The position numbers and the translations under genes were made by a program. This document shows positions 25,766 to 37,049 of a stretch of DNA of 64,000 bases, in pieces. This DNA is from an uncultured Chloroflexia bacterium. Its GTDB lineage: Bacteria > Chloroflexota > Limnocylindria > Limnocylindrales > CSP1-4. The stretch is from positions 1,472,001-1,536,000 of the forward strand of contig CAVXPZ010000001.1 in the NCBI GenBank assembly GCA_963763775.1, in the 5' to 3' direction. The notes beneath the pieces are model-generated. The model was not told the origin of the DNA. It searched no databases and saw only the letters and a list, made by a program, of their open reading frames with translations. How positions within the stretch are numbered: the first letter of the stretch is position 1; the number at the start of each line of letters is the position of its first letter.

Positions 25766-26322
25766 CGCGGTCGCTCCGCGGCGGATTCGGCGGCCTGCTC
25801 GGCCGCGCGCTCGGCGGCGAGGGCCTGGCGGAGGCTCTCTCGTGCGCGCGTCAGGAGCGCTCGGGCCGCCACGTGGCTGACACCCAGCGCCGCGGCAAGC
25901 TCGAGCCCCGTGAGGTCGTGCAGCTCGGCGAGGAGCAGCGCGGCCCGCTGGCGCTCCGGGATCCGCCCGAGGGCCCGCTGCATGTCACCGGAGAGGCGGG
26001 CCTCCATGACCAGGTGCTCGGCCGAGGGCGCAGACCCATACGATTCGCCGGTCCACGGGAAGAACCGGATGATCTTCCGACGGCGGATCTCGTCGAGCGC
26101 GACGCGGTGCGCGATCTGGTAGAGCCAGGCCCGGGCGTTCTCGGGCTTCTCGAGCGTCTCGTAGTTCTTGTAGGCCTTGATGAAGGCGTCCTGCGTCATG
26201 TCGGCGGCGACCTCCGGGTCGCGCATCATCCGGAGCAGGTACGCGTAGATCTCGTTCTGGTGCTTGGCGAAGAGCGTCTCGACGAACGCGGCCGCCTCGT
26301 CCCGATCCCACGCGCCGGTCAT
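25762..26322 (-). CDS. ECF sigma-70 factor
   Basis: AADMTQDAFIKA, AWLYQIAHR, ERQRAALLL, RARESLR. Confidence 0.9.
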   Translation of the reverse strand: MTGAWDRDEAAAFVETLFAKHQNEIYAYLLRMMRDPEVAADMTQDAFIKAYKNYETLEKPENARAWLYQIAHRVALDEIRRRKIIRFFPWTGESYGSAPSAEHLVMEARLSGDMQRALGRIPERQRAALLLAELHDLTGLELAAALGVSHVAARALLTRARESLRQALAAERAAEQAAESAAERPR

Positions 26323-26518
26323 GAGACGTCCGGGACGCCCGGCGATGACCGGGACGCCGAGGGGTTCGCGAGGTCGCTCGAACGAACGGTCGATGGCCAC
26401 TGAGACTCCGAGCAGAGAGGATCGCGGGACGCGCGGGGTGAGCGCGACGCGCTTGTCGGCCCAATGACGCCGGGCCTCCCTCCGGTGTGACGCCGCTCGG
26501 GACCGGACACGCGACCGA

Positions 26519-27517
26519 TCAACCCGTCGCGCCCGTCGGCGCGTCGGTGCGGCCGAGCAGTTCCTCGACCGCATCCTCGGGCGAGACGGGATTCACCGGG
26601 AGTCCGGTTCCCAGCTCGAGGCCGGCGATCTCCCGGAGGCGCGGGTGGATCTCCCAATGCCAGTGGTACGTGGCGTCGACCTGCTCGCGCAGCGGTGCGG
26701 TGTGCAGCACCAGGTTGTACGGCGGTCCGTCGAGGCTCGTCGCCAGCCGCGACAGGACCTGCCGCAGGGCCTCGGCCGTGGCGGCGATGTCCGGCGTCCC
26801 GGCCCGGCCGAAATCCGCCTCGTGCCGGCGTGGGACGACCCAGACCTCGAACGGGGAGCGGGAGGCGTACGGGGCGAACGCGACGCTCTCGGCGTCCTCC
26901 CAGACAAGGCGGTCCGGCCGACGGACCTCATCGCGGACGAGCCGGCAGAACGGACACTCGCCCTCGCGGATGACGAACCGCGCCGCGCCGCCCAGCTCCT
27001 CTGCGATCCGATGCGGGATCTGCGGGAGGTCGTACAGGTCCAGGCACAGATGGTTGGTTCGCGCGCCGGCCTGCGCGCCCCAGTTCTGGACGACCGTGAG
27101 GTACTCGGTCTGGCCGGTGGCGCGGGCCCCGACGATCGCGTCGCGCGCCCCGGTGAGCAGCGCCTCGATCACCTGGTTCCCCACGGCGTGCAGCGGTCGG
27201 TGCTCGCGCGGCGGGGCGACGACCGTGCGCCAACTGCCGGTGGCGCGGGCCTGGGCGAGCGCGACCTGCCCGAGTCCGTTGTCGAGCGACCGCGCGTCCT
27301 CGCCTGTGCCCACGACGTGGAACGCGAAGTCCTTGAGCATCCGCGTCCGGACACCCTCGCCGGGCGGCGTGGTGCAGTTCGCGCAGCCGAATACGTGGTC
27401 GTCGACCGGCTCGGCCGCTCGGGCGAACCGATCGAGGTGGAAGGCGCGGTCGACGACGGTCGCGACCCACCACCCGGTGATCGGGTCCTTGCGCAGCTCG
27501 AAGAGCCCGGCGGCCAC
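26519..27517 (-). CDS. GalT-like (galactose-1-phosphate uridylyltransferase/HIT-fold) protein with altered active site
   Basis: ELRKDPITGWWV, CxxC, CPFCRL, PYASRSPFEVW, YHWHWEIHPRL, AGLELGTG; HPH replaced by HLC. Confidence 0.8.
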   Translation of the reverse strand: MAAGLFELRKDPITGWWVATVVDRAFHLDRFARAAEPVDDHVFGCANCTTPPGEGVRTRMLKDFAFHVVGTGEDARSLDNGLGQVALAQARATGSWRTVVAPPREHRPLHAVGNQVIEALLTGARDAIVGARATGQTEYLTVVQNWGAQAGARTNHLCLDLYDLPQIPHRIAEELGGAARFVIREGECPFCRLVRDEVRRPDRLVWEDAESVAFAPYASRSPFEVWVVPRRHEADFGRAGTPDIAATAEALRQVLSRLATSLDGPPYNLVLHTAPLREQVDATYHWHWEIHPRLREIAGLELGTGLPVNPVSPEDAVEELLGRTDAPTGATG

Positions 27518-27525
27518 GGTCCCGC

Positions 27526-28243
27526 CTAGCGTCCGCGGTCCAGCGGCGCGTCGAGGACCGCGCCGAACCTCTCGGCGAAGATCCACGCCGCACGCTCGAC
27601 CGAGTCGGTCGACGGCCTCGCCGGCATCGTCACCGCGCTCGCGGGCGATCGACGTCGACACGACGTCCGGCATCCCGCATGGATCGATCAGCTCGAAGTC
27701 CGCGAGGTCGACGGTGATGTTCAGCGCGATCCCGTGGTACGTGACGCCGCGCTCCACCCGCAGGCCGAGGGCGCCGATCTTCCGCGGCGACGGGCCGTCC
27801 GGGTCGCACCAGCAGCCGGGATGGCCGTCACGACGTCCGGCGACGACGCCCAGCGCCGCGCACGTCTCGGCCAGCGCCGCCTCGAGGGCACGGACGAACG
27901 GCCGGACGAGCAGGCCCCGCTCGTGCAGGGCGACGATCGGATAGGCGACCAGCTGCCCCGGGCCGTGATAGGTCACCTCGCCCCCGCGCTCGATGCGGAT
28001 GACCTCGATGCCGCGCTCCTCGAGGTCGCGTTCGCTCGCCAGGATGTGGCCCGGGTCGCTGTTGCGTCCGAGCGTGAGGACGGCCGGATGCTCGAGGAGC
28101 AACAGGCGGTCGCCGATCCGCCCGTCGGCGCGTTCCGACGCCAGCGCACGCTGCATGGCGTGCGCTTCGCGATAGTCGATCCGGCCGAGCCAGTCGACCC
28201 GGATCGGGGCCGATCCGATGGGGGTGAGGACCGTCGCATCCAC
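27526..28243 (-). CDS. lipB: Lipoyl(octanoyl) transferase (frameshift ~27620)
   Basis: LLEHPAVLTLG, RGGEVTYHGPGQLVAYP, KIGALG, HGIALN, IDPCG; alternate frame gives ...AAWIFAERFGAVLDAPLDRGR* at 27526. Confidence 0.9.
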
Positions 28244-28397
28244 CTCCGCACGATAGCAGGGCGGACGGGGCTGGCCCGTCGGAGCGCCTCGTCGGACCGG
28301 CGGGTGTGGTCGATATGCAACGACTCCGTTGGATGGAGTTCCGGGTGCGAGGCGCGAGGCGGCATAATCGGCCCTGCTTGACGGAGGCGTCGTACCG

Positions 28398-29124
28398 ATG
28401 ACGGACGACGAGCCGAGACCCATCGAGCCTGAGGTCATGCTGTGTTGTCCTGGTTGAATCGCGCGGGACCATTCGCGATCCCGCGCTTCATCTGGGTTCT
28501 CCTCGCGATCGACGCTGCCCTGGGCATCGTCTATCTCGCCGACTACGCGATCGGCCACCCCGTCAGCCTGTTCGCCAAGTTCATCGACCTCGACGGTGAG
28601 CGCAACCTTCCGACGTGGTACTCGTCGATCCAGTGGTTCGCCGTGTCCGCGCTGCTCTTCGGGGTCGCGGACCGGTTCGCCGAGCGACTGGCTCCGCGGT
28701 CCTGGCTGTTGTACCTGCTCCCGCGATCTTCCTGGCGTTCTCGATGGATGAGGTCGTGCAACTCCACGAGAAGGTGGGCGACGAGACTGACGCCCTTCTA
28801 CCTGGCGCGACTCGGGCGGCCACCCTCGTCCATGTGACCGGTCTCTACATCGTCGTGCTCGGCCTGCCGTTCCTGATCGCGTTCGGCGCCGTCATCCTGG
28901 CCGTTCGGCCGTACTTGCGTCGGCCGCCCGGCGGCCTCACGAAGGTCGTGGTCGGCATGATCATGATGATGACGGGAGCCTTGGGCTTTGACTTCCTCTC
29001 GAACTTCCTCACTCCTGGCTCCTGGCCGGCGACGATGGAGATCTACATCGAGGAATCGCTGGAGATGGTCGGGTCGACCGTCATCCTGTGGGGAAGCTTC
29101 CAGCTCCTGACGGACGTGGTCTAG
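28398..29124 (+). CDS. Multi-TM membrane protein (frameshifted)
   Basis: DLDGERNLPTWYSS, SMDEVVQLHE, EESLEMVG motifs spread over two to three frames. Confidence 0.65.
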
Positions 29125-30524
29125 CGTTCGCGGCCCAGACGCCGGTCTCGGCGGCGATCCGACCGGCCTTGACGGCGGCCACGAGGGCGGCGTGGTCGCG
29201 CTCGGTCTGGTCGGCGTACGCGTCGCCGAAGTCCGCGATGGCGTCGTCGAAGACCGGGCCGGCCCCAAGGTACCCGGCGATCTCCGCGGGATTGCCCGAC
29301 CGTGAGTGTGCACGGGCCAGCGCCCACGCACACACCTTGCGCGTAGAGGTCCATCCCCGGTGGTGCGAAGACCCGGTGATATCGACGCCGTACTTCATGT
29401 CGTGGAGCTGCCGCGACGTAGTACTCGGTGCCGGTGATCGGCGACTTCGTCCAACCAAGGAAGCTGTCCGACACGGCCTGCATGATCCGCTGGCCGGTCA
29501 CGACTCGCTCGCCCTGATGCCGCGGTTTGCGGACCGGATGTAGCGGAGCGAGCACGGACTCCGTCGCTTCCTTGACCTGGAGCACCAGCGGTCCACCGGC
29601 GGGTCCCGCGAACAGGGCGACGTAGCATCGCGTCCCGACGCTCCCGACACCGACAACCTTGAGCGCGACGTCGAGCAGCCGGTGCTTCTCGACGAGGACC
29701 CGACGGTCCGGGGCGAGTGACCGTACATAGGACCGGTGCATCTGGTCGAGGACGGCACGGCCAGGGTCGTCATCGGGTAGTCGCCGCAGCAGTGGCGGAC
29801 GGTCGCGGATCAACCATCCGCCGCCGGGCACCGTCACCGAGAGCTTGCCCAGCGCCGAGATGTGGTCACGCTTGTCGCGCCGTGTCGACATCGGAGAGGA
29901 TGTCCGTGCGGAGTCGCTCGCGCTCGACGCGTTCGAGGATGCGTCTCGATGGGGATCGCGGCGTACCAGACCTGCAATGCCCGCATTCCCGCGTAGGTGC
30001 GGACCCATCGGCGGTACTCGGCAGCCGACGACCCTGGCGGTGTCCCGGGCTGTCGCCTCGCTGTACCCGTTTTCCCGGGACGCGACGACGAAACTGGCCG
30101 CCAGACGCTTGACGTCCCACTCCCAGGGCCCTGGATGGGTCTCATCGAAGTCGTTGAGGTCGAAGACAAGACGGCGCTCCGGGCTGGCGAACACCCCGAA
30201 ATTCGAGAGGTGCGCGTCGCCGCAGAGCTGGACGCGCGACCCGGTCGTTCCGGTCGAGGCGAGATCGCCGGCCATCACCGCAGCCGACCCACGCAGGAAC
30301 GCGAACGGGGACGCGAGCATGCGCCCGATCCGGATGGGCGTGAGCTCCTGGATGCGCGCTGCATTCGAGGCGATCAACGTGACAACGGGGTCCGCCCGGC
30401 CGGTCGGGGGCGACCAGGTCGCCTGACTCCGACGTGGCGTCGCCTTTCGGAGGCCGACGCCACGCGCGAGCGAGAGGGCGGCGCGGCTGTCCGGTGGAAG
30501 GGTGGCCTCAGGGTCGGGGATCAC
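29121..30524 (-). CDS. DUF2252 family protein (kinase-like), frameshifted
   Basis: RMLASPFAFLRGSA, CGDAHLSNFG, DLNDFDE, KVVGVGSVG, LQVKEA, WALARAHSRSG. Confidence 0.88.
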   Translation of the reverse strand: MIPDPEATLPPDSRAALSLARGVGLRKATPRRSQATWSPPTGRADPVVTLIASNAARIQELTPIRIGRMLASPFAFLRGSAAVMAGDLASTGTTGSRVQLCGDAHLSNFGVFASPERRLVFDLNDFDETHPGPWEWDVKRLAASFVVASRENGYSEATARDTARVVGCRVPPMGPHLRGNAGIAGLVRRDPHRDASSNASSASDSARTSSPMSTRRDKRDHISALGKLSVTVPGGGWLIRDRPPLLRRLPDDDPGRAVLDQMHRSYVRSLAPDRRVLVEKHRLLDVALKVVGVGSVGTRCYVALFAGPAGGPLVLQVKEATESVLAPLHPVRKPRHQGERVVTGQRIMQAVSDSFLGWTKSPITGTEYYVAAAPRHEVRRRYHRVFAPPGMDLYAQGVCVGAGPCTLTVGQSRGDRRVPWGRPGLRRRHRGLRRRVRRPDRARPRRPRGRRQGRSDRRRDRRLGRER

Positions 30525-30639
30525 CGGCCAAGGCTACCGCGTCCAGCCCGATCGGAACCGTGGCCCGCCGTCCACCGAGGTGCCCGAGCGCAACGAGGTC
30601 GCACGTGTCGTCGTGACAGGTCACCGGCACTGCGCGACG

Positions 30640-31575
30640 ATGCGACCGTCGAGCGGCATCATCACGACCGCGATCAACACGGAGGCAGGGCGGATTCGTT
30701 CCCCAGTCGAGATCCAAGGTTCTGTCACGCGATGGCTCGCGCGTCGAGACGTCTGGCTCGTCCTCTCTGCCGTCGGGTTCGCGATCCTCGTCTGGAACAT
30801 CTACCGAAAGGTGCCCGAGGCGGAGATCTTCGGGATGGACGCGCGCGCCTATTGGCTGATCGACCCGGCCTCGCCATACGGGCGGGTGGTGGGTGCCGAG
30901 AACGCCTTCCTCTACGCGCCGCCGTTCGCGTCGTTGTTCGGGTTCGCCGGCTCGTTGTCATGGGAATCGTTCCGCCTCATGTGGTTGGCGATCGAGCTCG
31001 CCGCGCTGGTCTGGCTCGCGCGCGGGTGGACCCTTGTGGTCCTGGCCTTCCCTCCGGTGATCAACGAGCTCTTCTTCGGCAACATCAATCTGCTCATCGC
31101 CGTCGCGATCACGGTCGGCTTCCGCTGGGCGGGCGCCTGGTCGTTCATCATCCTCACGAAGGTGACGCCCGGCGTCGGTCTGATCTGGTTCGCGGTCCGG
31201 CGGGAGTGGCGAGCCCTCGCCACCGCGATCAGCGTCACCGCAGCGATCGTCGCCGTCTCGTTCCTGGTGGCGCCCGGGCTATGGCGCGATTGGTTCACTG
31301 TGCTGGCGACGAGCGATCCCATGGGGACGGTGGAGGCGATCCCGGTGCCGCTACTCCCGCGCGTCATCGTGGCGGGCCTGATCATCGGGTGGGGAGGGCT
31401 CACTGACCGCCGCTGGACCGTTCCCGTGGGATCGGTGCTGGCCCTCCCCGTGATCTGGTCCGCTGGCCTAAGCATCCTTGTCGCCCTTGTGCCCCTCGCT
31501 CGAGAGGCCATCGCGCAGTCACGAACGGACGTCGGTCTCAGCAGACCCCTCTCGATCGCCGACCGCACCGCCTGA
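30640..31575 (+). CDS. Glycosyltransferase family 87 (DUF2029)
   Basis: DARAY, FLYAPPF, GNINLL, LTKVTPGVG, multiple TMs; start uncertain. Confidence 0.75.
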   Translation: MRPSSGIITTAINTEAGRIRSPVEIQGSVTRWLARRDVWLVLSAVGFAILVWNIYRKVPEAEIFGMDARAYWLIDPASPYGRVVGAENAFLYAPPFASLFGFAGSLSWESFRLMWLAIELAALVWLARGWTLVVLAFPPVINELFFGNINLLIAVAITVGFRWAGAWSFIILTKVTPGVGLIWFAVRREWRALATAISVTAAIVAVSFLVAPGLWRDWFTVLATSDPMGTVEAIPVPLLPRVIVAGLIIGWGGLTDRRWTVPVGSVLALPVIWSAGLSILVALVPLAREAIAQSRTDVGLSRPLSIADRTA

Positions 31576-31599
31576 GGACCGACCCTGGTCGGTAGCGTC

Positions 31600-32788
31600 T
31601 TAGGTACGGCGCATCTCGCCGATCGCGTCCACGAGCGCCGCGACTTCGTCGTCGGTGTTGTAGTAGTGGACGGACGCGCGGACGACGGATCCCAGCCCCC
31701 GGCTCTCCAGGCCCAACCGGTGGTAGGCGACATCCGAGACCGAGACGTTGATCCGCCGCGCCCGCAGCTCGGCTTCGACCGACGACGCGTCTCGGCCCTC
31801 GACGGTGAACGTCACGATCGCCGATCGGCGGGCGCCCGGGTCGTGGACGGCGACCCCGTCTGTGGCGGTCAGGCCGGCTCGCATCCGGTCCGCGAGGGCC
31901 ACGACCCGGGCCTCGATGGCCTCGAGCCCCCAGCCGAGGGCGTAGTCCACGGCCACGCCGAACCCGAGCTTCGCGGCGATGTTCGCCTCCCAGTTCTCGA
32001 AGCGGCGGGCGCCGTCCTCGAAGCGGAACTCGTTCCGGCTGGTCCATCGCGCGGACCGGTAATCGATGAACGGCGGCTCGAGACCGTCGGCGAGATCGCG
32101 CCGCACGTACAGGAAGCCCATCCCGCGCGGGCCTCGCAGGAACTTGCGACTCGTGGCCGCCAGCATGTCGCACCCGATGGACCCGACGTCGATCGGCATC
32201 TGCCCGACCGACTGGCAGGCATCGAGGAGGAACGGGATGCCGCGCGCCCGGGTCAGCCGACCGACCTCGGCGGCCGGGTTGACCAGCCCGGAATGGCTCG
32301 GGACGTGGGTGATCGCGACCAGCCGGACGCGCTCGTCGAGCATCGACGCGAGGGCGTCGACCGAGAGCTCGCCGGTCGGCGCATCCGGGATGACCTCGAC
32401 GATCGCCCCGGTCCGCCTGGCGACCTGGAGCATCGCCAGGAAGTTGCTGTTGTACTCGACGCCGGAGGTCAGGATCCGGTCGCCGGGCCCGAACGGGAAG
32501 CTGTAGAACGCCATGTCCCACGCCCGGGTCGCGTTCTCGCAGACGGCGATCTCGTCCCGGCGCCGCGCCGAGCAGCCGGGCGAGCGAGTCGTAGACCGAT
32601 TCGACCTCCGGGTCGGCTTCGAATTCGGCCTCGTAGCCGCCGATGACGGCCTCGTGCTCGAGGTATGTCGTCATCCGCGACACCACCGACTGCGGCATCA
32701 GCGCCGCGCCGGCGTTGTTGAAGTGGATGACGTTGGCGGTGCCGGGTGTCTCGGCGCGGGCTCGCGCGACATCGAACGCATCGCTCAC
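31600..32788 (-). CDS. Class V PLP aminotransferase / cysteine desulfurase-like (frameshift ~32560)
   Basis: HFNNAGAA, LDACQSVGQ, TSRKFLRGPRG, VRASVHYYNT. Confidence 0.87.
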
Positions 32789-32871
32789 GGGGCGTGGCCT
32801 CCAGTGCGGTCGTATGGTTGGGCGCCACGGAGCGTGGCTCCGAGCGGCTGGTCGGCGGAAGGGAACACACG

Positions 32872-33186
32872 ATGCAGAAACGCTTGGTGACACGCTACGC
32901 GATGCGGTCGACCGAGGATGCCGACGAGAACCAGCGACGGATCGAGGCCGTGTTCGACGAGCTGGCCGCCACCCAGCCCGAGACCGTGAGCTACCTCGTG
33001 TTCCGCCTCGAGGACGACTCGTTCGTCCACGTCTCGTTCCACGAGGAGGCCGAGGACGCCGTCAACCCGATCACGTCCACTGCGGCATTCGCGCACTTCC
33101 AGGACGGCCACGACGAACGGCGGTCCGGGCCGGTCGACCAGCAGCGGGCCGAGCTGGTCGGGGCGTACGTGCGGACGATCGCGTAG
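32872..33186 (+). CDS. Small hypothetical protein (dimeric alpha+beta barrel-like)
   Basis: GGAAGGG RBS; ENQRRIEAVFDEL..YLVFRLEDDSFVH. Confidence 0.7.
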   Translation: MQKRLVTRYAMRSTEDADENQRRIEAVFDELAATQPETVSYLVFRLEDDSFVHVSFHEEAEDAVNPITSTAAFAHFQDGHDERRSGPVDQQRAELVGAYVRTIA

Positions 33187-33210
33187 CACGACCCAGTGAG
33201 ACCGTCGAAG

Positions 33211-34112
33211 ATGTCGATCGTCGACGCGGACGATGACGTCGCCGAGCTCGCCGCCGCCCTTGGCTCGACCCCGGTATCGGCCACCCCCGTCGGATGGGGG
33301 GATGCACGATCGACCCTTCGAGTCGTGCTCTCGGACGGTCGGGCGTACGCCGCGCGGCGACTGCCCGGACCGGACGCACCGGTGGCCCGGCGGATCGCAT
33401 CGCGACATGGCCCGGTTCGCCGACGCCGGTCTGCCGACCGTCCGGCCGGTGCTGACGTCCACGGCTGAGGCCACGTGGCTGTCGGTCCCATGGGTCGACG
33501 GAACGACGGGTGCGGCCTGGCTGGGCGAGCCAGGACGAGCGCGCCACCTCGCCGATCGCATGGGCCGGCTCATCGGCCGCTTCGCCCGGATCGATCCCGC
33601 CGACGTCGGGTCGAGTCGACGCCCCGGACGACGATCGGAGCCTCACCGACGGGATCGACGCGCTGGTGGCGACCCTCGACCTCACGCCGACGGTCCGACG
33701 CGCCGTCGAGACGGCCACCGTCCTCGAGCCATCGGGGCCTCCGGCGGCCGTCGGGCGTGATCCATGGCGACTTCGCGCCGATCAACGTCATCGTCGGGGC
33801 CGATGGCGAGATCGCGGCGCTGCTCGACTTCGAGCACGCTCGCGCGGCATCACCGGTCGTGGACGTCGCCTGGTGGGGCTGGGTCGTCCGCCATCATCAT
33901 CCCGAGGCTTGGGCGGCCGCCTGGCCGACGTTCCGGGCGGCCGCCGGCGTCGAGCCGGGCGTGACGGATGCGGACCTCCATGCCCTCGCCCTGCTCGAGC
34001 TCGCGCGGCGTGTCGATGTCGGCCGCGGACGCCGAGGCGCGTCGTCGCTGGCATGGAGCGCCTGACGGACGCGGCGACCTGGGCGATGCCCGAGGTCGAT
34101 CAGCCCACGTAG
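33211..34112 (+). CDS. Aminoglycoside phosphotransferase/kinase-like protein, multiply frameshifted
   Basis: IHGDFAPINV and LLDFE motifs; pieces in three frames. Confidence 0.7.
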
Positions 34113-35387
34113 GCGATCGTCTGCGGGCCCTGCGGCAGGACGGCGATCCGCGCCGCCGGGTCGGCGGCGAGCAGGCGCTCCACGGCGGCATCGATGTCGG
34201 GGATCGGTTCGAGGTGCGCGGCCCGGACCTCGGCGTCGGACAGGCCGTCGCATCGCAGCAGGACGTCGCGCCTTCGATCTGGACGCGGGCCTGGATCTGC
34301 ACCTGCCATTGGTCCGGGATGGTCACCGGCGAGGCCGCGATCCGCTCGAGCAGGTCGGCCGGCGACCGTCCTTCGTGGAGCAGCCGCCCGTACGACCCGT
34401 GCTCGGGAAGCCCGTCCCGGCACTCCGCGGCGCAGATGATGGTCCCGCCCGGCCGGACGATCTCGGCCGCCGCGGACATGCCCTTCACCGCCTGATAGAG
34501 GTTCTGGTCGAGCGGGTAGCCGCTGTTGGTCGTGATGACGATGTCGAACGGCGAGGCGACCGCGCGCATCGCCTCGCGGCGTGCCTCGGCGCAGGCCGCG
34601 GCATGCATCGCGAGGATCTCACCCGCGAAGGCGCGCGTGATGCGCTGCTCGTCGTCGAGGAGCACGTCGACCGCGAAGTCGACGCCGCGTGGCCGCGGCG
34701 ATCGCCCGGACGGCATCGTGGACCGGGTTCCCTTCGATGACCCCCCAGGTCGCCCGCGGGTCGCCGATCCGGCGGGCGTTGTGCAGCTCGAGCGTCGTGT
34801 CGAGCCCGGCGAGGCCAGGCGCGACCATCTTCGGTCCGCCGCTGAACCCGGCGAAGAAGTGCGGCTCGACGAACCCGGTCGTGATCCGCACGTCCGCCTC
34901 GACCCAATCGACGGTCCAGGTGCACCGGCACGTCGCCGACCATGCCCATGTCCACCAGGTTCGCCCGGTCGCGCGCGTCGTGGTCGACCACGCGCCACAT
35001 GCCGAGGACCTCATCGCCGAGCATCACCCGACGCTCCTCATCCGACGACGCCCGATGCGTCCCGGTGGCGATCAGCACGACCACGTCCTCGGGCCGGATG
35101 ACACCGTCGAGGACCTCCATCAAGGCACCCAGCATCAGGGCGCGCGGCTGCGGCCTCGTCACGTCGCAGACGGAGATCGCGACACGCTGGCCGGCACGGA
35201 CGATGTCGCGAAGCCGCGGACCGGCCACCGGACCGTCGATGGCGGCCCGGAGCGTCGCGAGCGGGTCGGGTGCCGCGGTCCGGGGTCGCGGGGCGATGAC
35301 GGTGGTCTGGGCGGCCGGCAGGCGGACGGTCAGACCGGTCGACCCATAGGCGAGGGCCACGTCCACCGTGCCGCCGCTCGCCGACAC
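34100..35387 (-). CDS. larA: LarA-family nickel-pincer racemase/epimerase, frameshifted
   Basis: CDVTRP, IATGTHR, VEPHFFAGFSGGPK, GYPLDQNLYQAVKG, AECRDG, DQWQVQ, LPQGP. Confidence 0.85.
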
Positions 35388-35391
35388 CTCG

Positions 35392-36268
35392 TCAGCCGCC
35401 GATCACGCGGCAGGGATTGGTGAGCCGCCCGACCCCGTCGATCTCGACGACGACCACGTCGCCATCGCGAAGGAACCGCGGCGGCTGCCGGAAGACCCCG
35501 ACGCCGGCCGGTGTCCCGGTCGCGATGATGTCGCCGGGCTCGAGGGTCATGAACCGCGAGCAGAACGCGATGAGCTCCGGGACGCCGTGGACCATCTCGG
35601 AGGTCATCGCCTCCTGGAGGACCTCGTCGTTGACGAGGCATCGGAGGCGGAGCGCGCTCGGGTCCGGCATCTCGTCCGCGGTCACCAGCCACGGGCCGAG
35701 CGGGCAGAACGTGTCGAGGCTCTTGCCCCGGACCCACTGGCCGTCACCGAACTGCAGGTCGCGGGCCGAGACGTCGTTGAGGCACGTGTATCCCAGGACG
35801 TGCTCGAGGGCTCGTTCGACCGGCACGTCCCGGGCGGTCCGGCCGATCACGACCGCGAGCTCGGCCTCGTAGTCGACCTGGTCGGTGTCCGCGGCGCGCC
35901 ACACGATCGCGGCCCCGTCGCCGACGAGGGCGTTCGGGAACTTCGTGAAGACGATCGGGTCGGCGGGGGCCGTCTTGCCCTCCTCGGCGGCGTGCTCGTG
36001 GTAGTTCCGGCCGACCGCGATGATCTTGCTCGGGTGCGTGACCGGGGGGAGCAGCGTCGACGTCGGCGGTGTCGGTGACCGGCGCGGGACCGGCCGGACG
36101 CGAGCGCCCGCTGGAGCGCCGCGAGCGTGTCGTCGGCGTCGGCGAGGAGGCGCGCCATCGTCCACGGTCCGTCGCCGAGGAGGTCCTCGACGTCCGCGAT
36201 CGGACCGCGCGCCGACGAGGACGCCGAGGCGCTCACCGCCCGCGCGTCGCACGGCTGAGGAGTCGCAT
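35392..36268 (-). CDS. Fumarylacetoacetate-hydrolase family protein (candidate 2,4-diketo-3-deoxy-L-fuconate hydrolase), frameshifted
   Basis: KIIAVGRNYHEH, DYEAEL, NDVSARD, GKSLDTFCPLGP, GDIIATGTPAG. Confidence 0.88.
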
Positions 36269-36275
36269 CAGTCGG

Positions 36276-37049
36276 TCACTTGGCGCCGCGGACGCCGCCG
36301 TCCACGAACAGCCCCGACCCCAGGACGAAGCGCGACTCGTCCGAGGCGAGGTACAGCGCCGCGGCGGCGACGTCCTCGGGCTGGCCGAGGTCGCCGGTCA
36401 GCTGGCGCTTCTTGAGCGCCTCGAGGCCGGCCACCGGGTCGGCGTAGCTCTCCGCGAGGTACCGGTCCACGAACGGCGTGTGGATGGTGCCCGGCAGGAG
36501 GGCGTTGACCCGGATGCCGTGGGCCGCGTAGTCGGCCTGCATCTGGCGCGTCAGCGACAGGACGGCGCCCTTGGAGGCCGCATACGACGCGCGGTTGGCC
36601 AGGCCGATCTCGGCGATGGTCGAGGACATGTTGATGACCGACCCGCGGCCGGCCGCGATCATCGCCGGCAGGACGGCCCGCGCGACGAGGAAGACCCCCC
36701 GCACGTTGACCGCGAAGACGCGGTCCCACAGCTCGACCGAGGTCTCGTGGAGCACGCCGATCCCGGCGATGCCGGCGTTGTTGAACAGGACGTCGATGCG
36801 GCCGAAGCGCTCGACGACGTCGCGGGCCAGCGCCTCGGTGTCGTCCGGGTCGGTCACGTCGACCCCGAAGTCGGCGGCGGTCCCGCCGGCCTCGGCGATC
36901 AGGCGCACCGTCTCCGCCGCGGCGGCCCGGTCGATGTCGGCCACGGCGACCTGCGCGCCCTCGGCCGCGAACAGCAGGGCCGAGGCGCGGCCGATCCCGG
37001 AGCCGCCGCCGGTGATCAGGCAGACCTTGTCCGCGAGGCGATCGCTCAT
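36276..37049 (-). CDS. SDR oxidoreductase (candidate 2-keto-3-deoxy-L-fuconate dehydrogenase)
   Basis: TGGGSGIG, NNAG, YAASKG; adjacent to the fuconate dehydratase. Confidence 0.88.
   Translation of the reverse strand: MSDRLADKVCLITGGGSGIGRASALLFAAEGAQVAVADIDRAAAAETVRLIAEAGGTAADFGVDVTDPDDTEALARDVVERFGRIDVLFNNAGIAGIGVLHETSVELWDRVFAVNVRGVFLVARAVLPAMIAAGRGSVINMSSTIAEIGLANRASYAASKGAVLSLTRQMQADYAAHGIRVNALLPGTIHTPFVDRYLAESYADPVAGLEALKKRQLTGDLGQPEDVAAAALYLASDESRFVLGSGLFVDGGVRGAK

Noticed and set aside
26519-28558. Apparent 679-aa LipB-GalT fusion ORF
   Set aside because: The linker is off-frame junk. The alternate frame gives a normal LipB end with TAG at 27526, and GalT has its own GTG at 27517, so this is a frameshift artefact.
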